41,923 nt of DNA from a virus (lineage: Duplodnaviria > Caudoviricetes), in IMG/VR virus record IMGVR_UViG_3300046318_000548, positions 1-41,923 of that record. One strand, given 5' to 3'. Numbering within the stretch: the first letter of the stretch is position 1; every line of letters starts with the position of its first letter. The notes under the pieces were generated by a model that did no database searches, was not told the origin of the DNA, and saw only the letters and a list, made by a program, of their open reading frames with translations. This document shows positions 1 through 7,912 of this stretch, piece after piece. The position numbers and the translations under genes were made by a program.

Positions 1-279
1 GCGTTAGTATTGGGTGGGTTTATGTTAATTGTTGGCGGTATCTTTGTTGCCATAGTTAAAGGAACTAACGTAGAAGGTGAGTGGAAAGAACTATTACTTC
101 TTTTATTAGGAGCATTTATTGGTTCTTATGGTAAGATTATAGATTACTGGTTTAGTGATACCGATAAGGATAAGATGTTGGTACAAAAAATGGATGAAGA
201 AGATGGAGTATCTCTTTCAAATACAGGCGGAGCAGCAGCACCAACTGATGATTTAGATGCAACTCATAATATCGATTAA
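1..279 (+). CDS. Small integral membrane protein, 5'-partial (holin-like)
   Basis: Frame is open from base 1 (GCG TTA GTA TTG...), so the true start lies upstream. Two hydrophobic segments (GGFMLIVGGIFVAIV; ELLLLLLGAFIGSYGKII) are followed by an acidic tail. Confidence 0.6.
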   Translation, partial: ALVLGGFMLIVGGIFVAIVKGTNVEGEWKELLLLLLGAFIGSYGKIIDYWFSDTDKDKMLVQKMDEEDGVSLSNTGGAAAPTDDLDATHNID

Positions 280-341
280 GAAGTTACACCCAAATACGTT
301 TTAATAATTGGTTATATAAAATAACAATTAAATAAAAGATT

Positions 342-629
342 ATGGGATTTTTTAAGGAATTATTCAGCGATGAAAATCAAATCAATGAGAAATCAGTAGT
401 TGGATTCGCATCATTTATGGTAATGGTGATTTGTATCGCTGTTGATTTAGTAACCGGATATATGGGAAAAGAATTAGTGATTAACGAATATGTGTTTAAC
501 GCATTTCTAACACTAACATTAGGTTCATTTGGTATCGGTTCGGTTGATAAATTTATCAACAAAAAAGCTGAAAATGATAAAGCTAAAATTGAAGCAGATA
601 GTTCAACCGATGAGGAAGAATTAGGATAG
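342..629 (+). CDS. Two-TM membrane protein, holin-like
   Basis: 95 aa with two hydrophobic helices (SVVGFASFMVMVICIAVDLVTG; VFNAFLTLTLGSFGIGSV) and a charged C-terminus; followed by a terminator. Confidence 0.6.
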   Translation: MGFFKELFSDENQINEKSVVGFASFMVMVICIAVDLVTGYMGKELVINEYVFNAFLTLTLGSFGIGSVDKFINKKAENDKAKIEADSSTDEEELG

Positions 630-630
630 T

Positions 631-665
631 AAAAAAGGGGGAAAGTTTTTTTCTCCCTTTTTTTT
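631..665 (+). terminator. Rho-independent terminator (possibly bidirectional)
   Basis: AAAAAAGGGGGAAA pairs with TTTCTCCCTTTTTT (one G-U) and ends in a T-run, directly after the stop at 629. Confidence 0.75.
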
Positions 666-674
666 ATATTTATA
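666..674 (+). promoter_or_regulatory. Candidate phage late promoter ATATTTATA
   Basis: Recurrent intergenic motif; here just after a terminator and 23 nt before ATG 698. Confidence 0.6.
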
Positions 675-697
675 CATAAACAAAAACAGATTTATGT

Positions 698-1417
698 ATG
701 AAAAAATTATTAGTATTATTAAGTTTATGTTTGTTAAGCAATGTTGCAATAGGACAAACGGTAGGTAAAACTCAAACGGAAAACTATAAAGCATCGTTTG
801 AAACCAAAGTAGACATTAGTGAGTTAATGGATTATGATGGACCTACTATTCCAGTACAAATACTTAAATGTGGAATCAGCGATGAAATTTTGGAACAGTA
901 CCCAGAACTTAAAGAGAAGAAGGTGGGCTTGGGTGTTGCTAATATATCTATGGAATACCTTGAAAATCTCAATCGTTTTACTTTTACTGAAGATAAGACG
1001 GAGTTGAAAAACAGAATGGTGAAGCAATTCCAAGCTTCTCAATCGGGTATCACTCAAGACAAATTAGATGGTAGAGGTAAAATACGTTTAGCGCATTACT
1101 TTGTTACAATCGAAGTATATGATTTCTCCGTTTCTGAAGATGAGACAGTTAATCTAAAGGATGGGGTAAATAATAAGATGGTTACTCGTTTGGGTTTGCA
1201 AGTTCGTTTTACTGATGCCGAAACTGGTGAAGTATTTGGCGCAAGTGGTTTAGGTGAAGCAACTACAACCAGAGAGTTATCTTTAATATCAGATGCAACA
1301 ATCGATGATGTTAAATTTAACCAATCAACAATCGGAACATCTACAAAGAAAGCATTAGATATTGCTTGTAGTAGAATTCTTCTTCGTATGATTAAGAAGG
1401 GGAAGTTCCCAAAATAA
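698..1417 (+). CDS. CsgG/HfaB-like (curli transport/TolB-N-like fold) secreted protein
   Basis: Signal peptide ending AIG-Q. The pattern G+GVANI..EYLENLNRF, A.YFVTIEVYDFSV, LGLQVRFTDAETGEV.GASG.G resembles the CsgG family. No lipobox. Confidence 0.6.
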   Translation: MKKLLVLLSLCLLSNVAIGQTVGKTQTENYKASFETKVDISELMDYDGPTIPVQILKCGISDEILEQYPELKEKKVGLGVANISMEYLENLNRFTFTEDKTELKNRMVKQFQASQSGITQDKLDGRGKIRLAHYFVTIEVYDFSVSEDETVNLKDGVNNKMVTRLGLQVRFTDAETGEVFGASGLGEATTTRELSLISDATIDDVKFNQSTIGTSTKKALDIACSRILLRMIKKGKFPK

Positions 1418-1423
1418 TTTATT

Positions 1424-2164
1424 ATGACAAAAAGAGAAGTAGTATATAATGCCAGTTTGGCAGTATTAGCCTATTCCCAAAAAGAACAAATTAAGTGGAA
1501 TGATTATGGGTTAGAATTAGTAAAGTGGATTGAGAATAAAAAATCAGATACACAGGGTTTTGTAGCAACAAGAGATAAATCTATCTATGTTGTATGGAGA
1601 GGTAGTGAATCAAAGAAGGATTTCCAAAACGATGCATCAATTGATAAAGTACCATTCTTAAACGAAGGTGAGAAAGTTCACATTGGATTTAAGAGTTGTT
1701 GGGAATCGGTAGTAGGTGATACCTATGATGCAATAGATACGGCATTAGAAAACCTACAAGGGGAAACTACGGATATTGTAGTTTGTGGACATAGTTTGGG
1801 TGGAGCAGTGGCAACATTATACGCACACTCAATTAAAAAACATTATCCACATTACAACATTAAATCCGTAACAATTGGAAGTCCAAGAGTTGGAAACAAA
1901 GTATTCAAAGATAATTACGATTCATATGAGATTGATACTTTGAGAGTGGTACACAATAACGATTTGGTAACACATACACCATATATAGGATTTCAGCATG
2001 TAAACTATCAATTAAGATTAGATAGTGATGGTAATGTATTAAAGAGGGATACGTCCTTAAACGCATTTTGGTTATACCTTAAAGCATTATTTTCAGGTAA
2101 AAACATCAAAGACCATATGTGTGATGGGTATATGACTGCATTACAAAACTGGGTAACTAAATAA
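1424..2164 (+). CDS. Class 3 lipase (alpha/beta hydrolase)
   Basis: VVWRGS, VHIGF, nucleophile elbow GHSLGG, T.GSPRVGN, VVHNNDLV (catalytic Asp) and C-terminal DH (catalytic His). Confidence 0.9.
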   Translation: MTKREVVYNASLAVLAYSQKEQIKWNDYGLELVKWIENKKSDTQGFVATRDKSIYVVWRGSESKKDFQNDASIDKVPFLNEGEKVHIGFKSCWESVVGDTYDAIDTALENLQGETTDIVVCGHSLGGAVATLYAHSIKKHYPHYNIKSVTIGSPRVGNKVFKDNYDSYEIDTLRVVHNNDLVTHTPYIGFQHVNYQLRLDSDGNVLKRDTSLNAFWLYLKALFSGKNIKDHMCDGYMTALQNWVTK

Positions 2165-2166
2165 GT

Positions 2167-2224
2167 TTAACAATTTCATAATATTAAAAGTATAATTTTA
2201 TTAAGGTAGTTTCCTATATATTGG
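2167..2224 (+). promoter_or_regulatory. Candidate host-type promoter with PhoB/OmpR-like direct repeat
   Basis: TTAACA (2167-2172) and ATAATA (2178-2183) at 11-bp period, then TATATTGG (2217-2224), one mismatch from the Bacteroidota -7 box TAnnTTTG. The ATATTTATA motif is absent here. Confidence 0.3.
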
Positions 2225-2243
2225 TGAAAATTAAAACATCAAT

Positions 2244-4727
2244 ATGAGGAAACTACTTTTATTATTAACGTTACTAATTCCCACAATATCCTTTTCACAA
2301 ACCTTATCAGGTAAAACAAAATCAAATAAAGAAGAACTCATTGGAGTTACCATTTGGCTAACTAACAAAGATACAAATAAAAAAGTTGGAAGTACATCTG
2401 ATATTGAATCCAAATATCAATTCCAAAATGTAGTAGCTGGAAAATATTCAATCAAAGCATCATTTGTTGGGTATAAAGAATACACAAACGATATTACAAT
2501 TAATGGAGATACCAATTTAGATATCCTAATTGAAGAAGATACAAAAGTATTGCAAGAAGTTGTAGTAAAGCAAGTAGCAAAGAAAGAAACTGCAACCGCA
2601 CTTATCAATACACTTAAAGCATCTTATATTGTAGCAGATGGTTTATCAATCGAATCAATAAAGAAAACGCCAGATAGAACTGTTGGAGATGCACTTAAAA
2701 GAGTAAGTGGTGTAACAATCCAAAACGATAAATTTGTTTTAGTTAGAGGTTTAGCTGATAGATACAACTCGGCTCTACTAAACAAATCAATTTTACCATC
2801 AACCGAACCTGATAGAAGAGCATTCTCATTTGATATTATTCCAACATCACTAATAGATAATATCATCATCAATAAAGGAGCATCGGCAAACCTACCGGGT
2901 GATTTCGCAGGCGGTTTGGTACAAATAACAACAAAAGAAGTTAGTGGTGATTTCTTAAATGTATCATTGGGAGGAAGTTGGGGTTCACTATCAACGGGAC
3001 GGGATTTTAGGTTGGTAGACCCAATACAATTCCCATCAACATTCCCATCAACAAACGGATATAGAATTGCGGGATTAGGTGATAGAAGAGCATATACTAA
3101 ACTAATAAGTTCTCCACAATCCGAAGAGTTTTCATCTATTCCAAACTTAAATGGTAACTTATCATTTGGTGTTGTAAAAAACAAATGGAACATCTTATTC
3201 AGTTCAACTGCAAGAAATACATATTCAGCTAATACAACCGAACGAATCGATTATCAATCATCAACTGAATTAGCATACAATTACAAAGACTTACATTATT
3301 CAAATGTACAATCTGTAAATGGATTATTGAACATAGTTTATTTGGGAGAGAATCGTTATAGTTTGAAAACACTTGCTAACTACCAAAACGAAAAATTATT
3401 TTTAAGTAGAGTTGGTGAGAACTACGATAATGTCCAGTATGTAGACAGTAAATCATCTAACTCAATTCAAAAGTTAGTATTCAATACACAATTTGAAGGT
3501 AAGATTAAAACATTGGATTTTAATGTAGGATACAATCTTATGTTGAGAGACCAACCCGATTATAGAGTAACACCTTACATATCATCTTTATACACAACAA
3601 CTCCTTACTCAATAGCATGGAGAGATACCTATCGTTTTTGGAGTGTAATGGATGAAAACTCATTCAATGGAGGATTGAACAGGTCCATAGGAGATATTCG
3701 CTTAGGAGTGGGTTACTTGAAGAAATTGAGAAACTTCAAAGCAAGAATATTCAGATACGAATCAACTGATTTATTAAATGAGATTACAAACAACACCGAT
3801 AGATATACTGCCGATTTTGATTTGGCAAATGGATATGTGATGTATGAAAAAGAAATCAATAACTTAAAAGTAAATACAGGTTTCAGAACAGAATACAATT
3901 TATTCAAAGTTCAAACATCTGATTTTAGTGGACAAAAGATTTCGGTAAATAGAGAGTATTTGGATTTACTCCCATCATTAAATGCAACATATTCAACATC
4001 GGAAAAAACAAAGGTTAGATTATCGGTAAGTAAAACATTAGCAAGACCGGAATTTAGAGAGGTAGCTAATTTTGCATATTATGATTTTGTTAGAAACGCA
4101 CAACTATTGGGAAATCCAAACTTACAAAAAACGGATATATTCAATTCAGATATAAAGTTTGAGTTATATCCAAAATCAGGTGAGAACATATCAATTGGTT
4201 TCTTTGGTAAGAAATTCTTTAATCCAATTGAGCAAGTTGTAGCAGATGGTTCAGTTCCATCAAATCTATTACTAACATATAAAAATCCAAATGAAGCATT
4301 GGTATATGGAGTTGAGATTGAACTTCGTAAAAAATTAAATGATTGGTTGGATTTATATTCAAACACATCATTCATCAATTCGGAAGTTGATATAAACGGA
4401 GTTAAAAGACAATTGCAAGGACAATCAAACTATGTAGTAAATGGTGGATTGAACTTACATAAAAACAACAATACATTCAACATATCATACAATAGAGTTG
4501 GAGATAGAATATCGGCAGTAGGATTTCAAGGATACCCTGATATATTTGAGAACTCTCGTGATGTAGTTGATATTGTTATTCTTCGTAAAATTAAAAACGG
4601 AGAAATTAAATTAGCAGTATCGGATATATTCAAACAACCATTTGAATATTACCAAAAACCAAATCGTACTTTAATTAAAACAAACAACGAAACAACAGTT
4701 TCACTAACACTAAATTACAACCTATGA
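2244..4727 (+). CDS. TonB-dependent receptor with N-terminal CarboxypepD_reg-like domain
   Basis: Signal peptide SFS-Q; N-terminal extension (Y.I.ASFVGYK); TonB-box-like LQEVVV; plug motifs DALKRVSGV, VRGL.DRYN, FDIIP..LIDNI.I.KG; barrel motifs TLARPEFREVA, GNPNL; terminal aromatic strand LTLNYNL. Confidence 0.92.
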   Translation: MRKLLLLLTLLIPTISFSQTLSGKTKSNKEELIGVTIWLTNKDTNKKVGSTSDIESKYQFQNVVAGKYSIKASFVGYKEYTNDITINGDTNLDILIEEDTKVLQEVVVKQVAKKETATALINTLKASYIVADGLSIESIKKTPDRTVGDALKRVSGVTIQNDKFVLVRGLADRYNSALLNKSILPSTEPDRRAFSFDIIPTSLIDNIIINKGASANLPGDFAGGLVQITTKEVSGDFLNVSLGGSWGSLSTGRDFRLVDPIQFPSTFPSTNGYRIAGLGDRRAYTKLISSPQSEEFSSIPNLNGNLSFGVVKNKWNILFSSTARNTYSANTTERIDYQSSTELAYNYKDLHYSNVQSVNGLLNIVYLGENRYSLKTLANYQNEKLFLSRVGENYDNVQYVDSKSSNSIQKLVFNTQFEGKIKTLDFNVGYNLMLRDQPDYRVTPYISSLYTTTPYSIAWRDTYRFWSVMDENSFNGGLNRSIGDIRLGVGYLKKLRNFKARIFRYESTDLLNEITNNTDRYTADFDLANGYVMYEKEINNLKVNTGFRTEYNLFKVQTSDFSGQKISVNREYLDLLPSLNATYSTSEKTKVRLSVSKTLARPEFREVANFAYYDFVRNAQLLGNPNLQKTDIFNSDIKFELYPKSGENISIGFFGKKFFNPIEQVVADGSVPSNLLLTYKNPNEALVYGVEIELRKKLNDWLDLYSNTSFINSEVDINGVKRQLQGQSNYVVNGGLNLHKNNNTFNISYNRVGDRISAVGFQGYPDIFENSRDVVDIVILRKIKNGEIKLAVSDIFKQPFEYYQKPNRTLIKTNNETTVSLTLNYNL

Positions 4728-5926
4728 AAAAATTATTAGTATTGTTCGCAAGTTTAACAATCTTTGGATGTTCTAAAGATTTAGGTGGTGAAGTAGCACC
4801 AATTAACGTACCATCATCAACAACTTTGACTGGTAATATTACTGCAACTACAACTCTTACATCAGATAAAGAGTGGGTATTAAAAGGATATGTTTATGTA
4901 ACCGATGGTGCTAAACTTATCATTCAACCTGGTACAATTATTAAATCGGATATAAGTGAGAAGGGTGCATTGTGTATCGAAAGAGGAGCACAAATTGTAG
5001 CAGAAGGAACTGTATCAAAACCAATTGTATTCACATCTGGTAGACCTGCCGGAGAAAGAACACCCGGTGATTGGGGTGGTATTGTAATATTAGGTAGAGC
5101 AAAAACCAATAGAACATCCGAACCAACTATCGAAGGTGGTATTGGTAGACCTTATGGTGGAACTAACGATTTAGATAATAGTGGTATCTTAAAATATGTT
5201 CGTATTGAATATGCAGGAATTGCAGCAATGCCAAACTCTGAAATCAACGCATTAACATTGGGTGGAGTTGGTAGTGGAACAATTATTGAGAATGTTCAAA
5301 CTATCTACGCTAACGATGATGCATTTGAATTCTTTGGTGGAACTGTAAATGCTAAAAATTTATATGCATACGGAACTGCGGATGATGACTATGATTTTGA
5401 TTTTGGATATAGAGGAAAAGTATCGTTTTCAGTATCAAAGAGAGACCCACAATTCGTAGATAACGGAGATGCTGGAAATGGTGTAGAATGTGATAACGAT
5501 GGAACGGGTTCATCCGCAGAACCATTTACACATCCTATTTTAGATAATATAATTTTGGTTGGACCTAACGATGCAACATCTTTATCAAACCACAATTTGG
5601 CAATGAGATGGAGAAGAGCAACTCAATTTGAGGTTTACAATTCTACAATCATTGGATATATGAAAGGTGGGTTATCAATGGAAAGTAATGAAACTGCACA
5701 ATTCTACAAAGATGGTGTGAGTAAGTTTCAGAATAACAAAATTGGTTCATTCAATTTATTAAACTTTATCAGTAAAGCAACTACTATTATTACATCGGAT
5801 GGGGTTAAAACAAAAGCATTGAGTGAAGGTAATACTGAAATAACTTTAACTGCTACTGAAATAGAAACTTTATCTAAACCAAATTGGATAGCCGGTTGGA
5901 CACGTTTTCCAACGAAAGGAAATTAA
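4724..5926 (+). CDS. Surface lipoprotein, beta-helix-like, partner of the TonB-dependent receptor
   Basis: Lipobox IFG-C16 then SKD; motifs LIIQPGTIIK, GTVSKPIVFTS, GDWGGIVILG, NSGILKYVRIEYAG, LGGVGSGT, DDAFEFFGGTV, DDDYDFDFGY; its ATG overlaps the receptor stop (ATGA). Confidence 0.8.
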   Translation: MKKLLVLFASLTIFGCSKDLGGEVAPINVPSSTTLTGNITATTTLTSDKEWVLKGYVYVTDGAKLIIQPGTIIKSDISEKGALCIERGAQIVAEGTVSKPIVFTSGRPAGERTPGDWGGIVILGRAKTNRTSEPTIEGGIGRPYGGTNDLDNSGILKYVRIEYAGIAAMPNSEINALTLGGVGSGTIIENVQTIYANDDAFEFFGGTVNAKNLYAYGTADDDYDFDFGYRGKVSFSVSKRDPQFVDNGDAGNGVECDNDGTGSSAEPFTHPILDNIILVGPNDATSLSNHNLAMRWRRATQFEVYNSTIIGYMKGGLSMESNETAQFYKDGVSKFQNNKIGSFNLLNFISKATTIITSDGVKTKALSEGNTEITLTATEIETLSKPNWIAGWTRFPTKGN

Positions 5927-5930
5927 AGTA

Positions 5931-5939
5931 ATATTTATA
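5931..5939 (+). promoter_or_regulatory. Candidate phage late promoter ATATTTATA overlapping a hairpin arm
   Basis: Recurrent motif; overlaps the 5' arm of stem 5937-5946/5963-5972 upstream of TTG 5975. Confidence 0.55.
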
Positions 5940-5974
5940 TCCGGTTACACTTCTAAATATTAAATCGGATATGG

Positions 5975-7588
5975 TTGAAAAAGTTAAGAGTTTTATTAAG
6001 TGTATTATTCATATTGTGTCTAGCTTCCAAAGCTAACGGACAAACATTTACACAAACATTTATAGATAAGTGTACTGGCGAAGTAAAAATCGCCACTACT
6101 ACTTATGTCAATGGAAATGCGTATGTATCTTTCTATGACCAAATGAAAATATTCACACCTCAAGAAGTTCAGAGTGGGGCAATGAACATTTGGTTACAAT
6201 CGGTATATTTAGCATATGCAAATAAAAATTGTACTACAAATGTAGTAGTACAACAAACTGTACAACAAACAGTCAATCAGGCAGTTCAACAGGCGGCAGC
6301 TCAGGCAGCAGCTCAGGCGGCAGCCGCCGCAGCAAAAGCAGCAGAAGCGGCAGCAGCCTCCGCAGCATCGGCGGCAGCAGCAAAAGCAGCAGAAGCGGCA
6401 GCAGCAAAAGCAGCGGAAGAAGCGGCGGCAAAAGCGGCAGCAGATGCAGCAGCAAAAGCCGCTAGTTCAGCTGCATCATCGGCGGCTAGTGGAGCAGCCA
6501 GTGGAGCTGCATCATCGGCAGCCAGTGGAGCGGCTAGTTCAGCTGCATCGGCGGCAGTAGCAACACCACCTCCACCAACTCCATCTACACCTGCTCCTGC
6601 TACTCCTGCGCCGGCGGCTAGTAGTTCACCTGCCCCATCATCAAATAGTTCGGCTAGTGGAGGAAATGGAAGTAGTAGTAGTAGTAGTTCATCATCTTCT
6701 TCATCAAGCAGTAGTTCATCTTCGGAAACTAAAACCGAAACCAAAACGGAAGCAAAAGCTGAAACTAAATCGGAAAATAAGAGTGAATCCAAATCAGAAT
6801 CAAAATCCGAATCCAAAGAGGAAAGTAAATCGGAAAGTAAGAGTGAGGAAAAGAAAGAAGAATCTAAATCCGAATCTAAAAAAGAAGAAAAGAAGGAAGA
6901 GAAAAAAGAGGAAAAGAAACAAAAAGCGGCACCAATAAATCCATTACTATTGGCATCTGATTTAAGTATTGTAGAATCAGAACCATCAAAGTGGGATGCA
7001 ATTTTAACAACTGGTATATCTCGTTCCTCAATGGCCGGAGATGAAAGTTATTCGGCTAGTTCTATGGTATGGAGTAGCTTAAAACAATTTGCTATAAGTG
7101 CCGGATATACTAAAATGAATTTCAAAGATGGTGCATTACACTCTATGAACTCTTACTCATTAACAGGTGCATATCTTAATAGAACTTATATGAGTTTAGT
7201 TGGATTAACCATAATTGTACCACATCCAAAAATTGGAGTATATGGTTACAATGTTGGTTTGGTTAATCTATTCTCTCCAAAGCAAGCTGGTGGATACGGG
7301 TATAGTGTAAGTAATTCAGGTGTATTGTTTTGGACTAAGCCATATCAAACTACAAAGAAACTAACTCTTTCACCGCAAGTGTTTACAATGTTACCTGGTG
7401 GAAGTTGGGATACCACTACTGGTTCATTTACTTATGGTACTGATGTTGGATTTTTATTGGGTACTTCAATCGATTACAAAATCAGTAAACGTTTTGGATT
7501 TAGTTTTAATTACAAAATCAATACGTCTACTGCGGCTGGAGCACCGATATTAAGTAACTTTTTAATTGGTTCGAGATTAATGCTTTAA
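5975..7588 (+). CDS. Secreted/outer-membrane protein with long low-complexity linker and C-terminal beta-barrel-like domain
   Basis: TTG start, signal peptide ANG-Q; Ala-, Pro-, Ser- and Lys/Glu-rich blocks; the C-terminal ~215 aa are alternating aromatic/Gly strands ending NFLIGSRLML. Confidence 0.7.
   Translation: MKKLRVLLSVLFILCLASKANGQTFTQTFIDKCTGEVKIATTTYVNGNAYVSFYDQMKIFTPQEVQSGAMNIWLQSVYLAYANKNCTTNVVVQQTVQQTVNQAVQQAAAQAAAQAAAAAAKAAEAAAASAASAAAAKAAEAAAAKAAEEAAAKAAADAAAKAASSAASSAASGAASGAASSAASGAASSAASAAVATPPPPTPSTPAPATPAPAASSSPAPSSNSSASGGNGSSSSSSSSSSSSSSSSSSETKTETKTEAKAETKSENKSESKSESKSESKEESKSESKSEEKKEESKSESKKEEKKEEKKEEKKQKAAPINPLLLASDLSIVESEPSKWDAILTTGISRSSMAGDESYSASSMVWSSLKQFAISAGYTKMNFKDGALHSMNSYSLTGAYLNRTYMSLVGLTIIVPHPKIGVYGYNVGLVNLFSPKQAGGYGYSVSNSGVLFWTKPYQTTKKLTLSPQVFTMLPGGSWDTTTGSFTYGTDVGFLLGTSIDYKISKRFGFSFNYKINTSTAAGAPILSNFLIGSRLML
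6290..6925 (+). repeat. Coding low-complexity/tandem repeats (GCA/GCG poly-Ala, poly-Ser, KSES, KKEE)
   Basis: Repeated gcagcagca/gcggcagca, agtagtagt/tcatca, aaatcXgaa and aaagaagaa; the poly-Ala part is GC-rich against the AT-rich background. Confidence 0.85.
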
Positions 7589-7725
7589 GACATTATTTCT
7601 TTATCCAAATTCAAAGGTTCAGTATGTTGTCTTTGTTTTCTAACACCATAATGATTTGTTGTTTTTGAAATTACAGCTCCTAAAGAACTACACATTAAAA
7701 CTACGGCTACTAATAAATTTATCAT
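7585..7725 (-). CDS. Small antisense membrane/secreted peptide, 46 aa (not in ORF track)
   Basis: Translated by hand: MINLLVAVVLMCSSLGAVISKTTNHYGVRKQRQHTEPLNLDKEIMS*. It fills the intergenic gap, its stop overlaps the stop of the convergent gene, and a host-type promoter lies upstream. Confidence 0.55.
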   Translation of the reverse strand: MINLLVAVVLMCSSLGAVISKTTNHYGVRKQRQHTEPLNLDKEIMS

Positions 7726-7760
7726 TTTTTTTATATTGTTTATATTGTTATTGTACTATT

Positions 7761-7797
7761 CAAATGTAAATATACGAAAAATATATTAAAAAACAAA
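7761..7797 (-). promoter_or_regulatory. Bacteroidota sigma-A-type promoter
   Basis: On the minus strand TTTG (7794-7797)-N19-TATATTTA (7767-7774), plus an overlapping perfect -7 box TACATTTG (7761-7768). Confidence 0.55.
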
Positions 7798-7883
7798 GAA
7801 AAATAGGATTTTCCCAATAAGTTGAAAAAGGTTCTTTATATAGTACAAAAAAAAGTGTAATTTTATTTAATATTTAGATTTTG

Positions 7884-7892
7884 ATATTTATT
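7884..7892 (+). promoter_or_regulatory. Candidate phage late promoter ATATTTATT
   Basis: Recurrent motif 20 nt before ATG 7913. Confidence 0.5.
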
Positions 7893-7912
7893 GGTGTAAA
7901 AAAATATACATT

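Noticed and set aside
2231-5595. Several minus-strand ORFs (up to 189 aa at 2624-3193) over the receptor and lipoprotein genes
   Set aside because: Antisense shadows of well-formed genes, with no motifs or promoters.
6229-6938. Alternative-frame ORFs 6229-6465 (+), 6273-6455 (-), 6313-6816 (-), 6657-6938 (+)
   Set aside because: Shadows of the stop-poor low-complexity repeats within the 537-aa gene.
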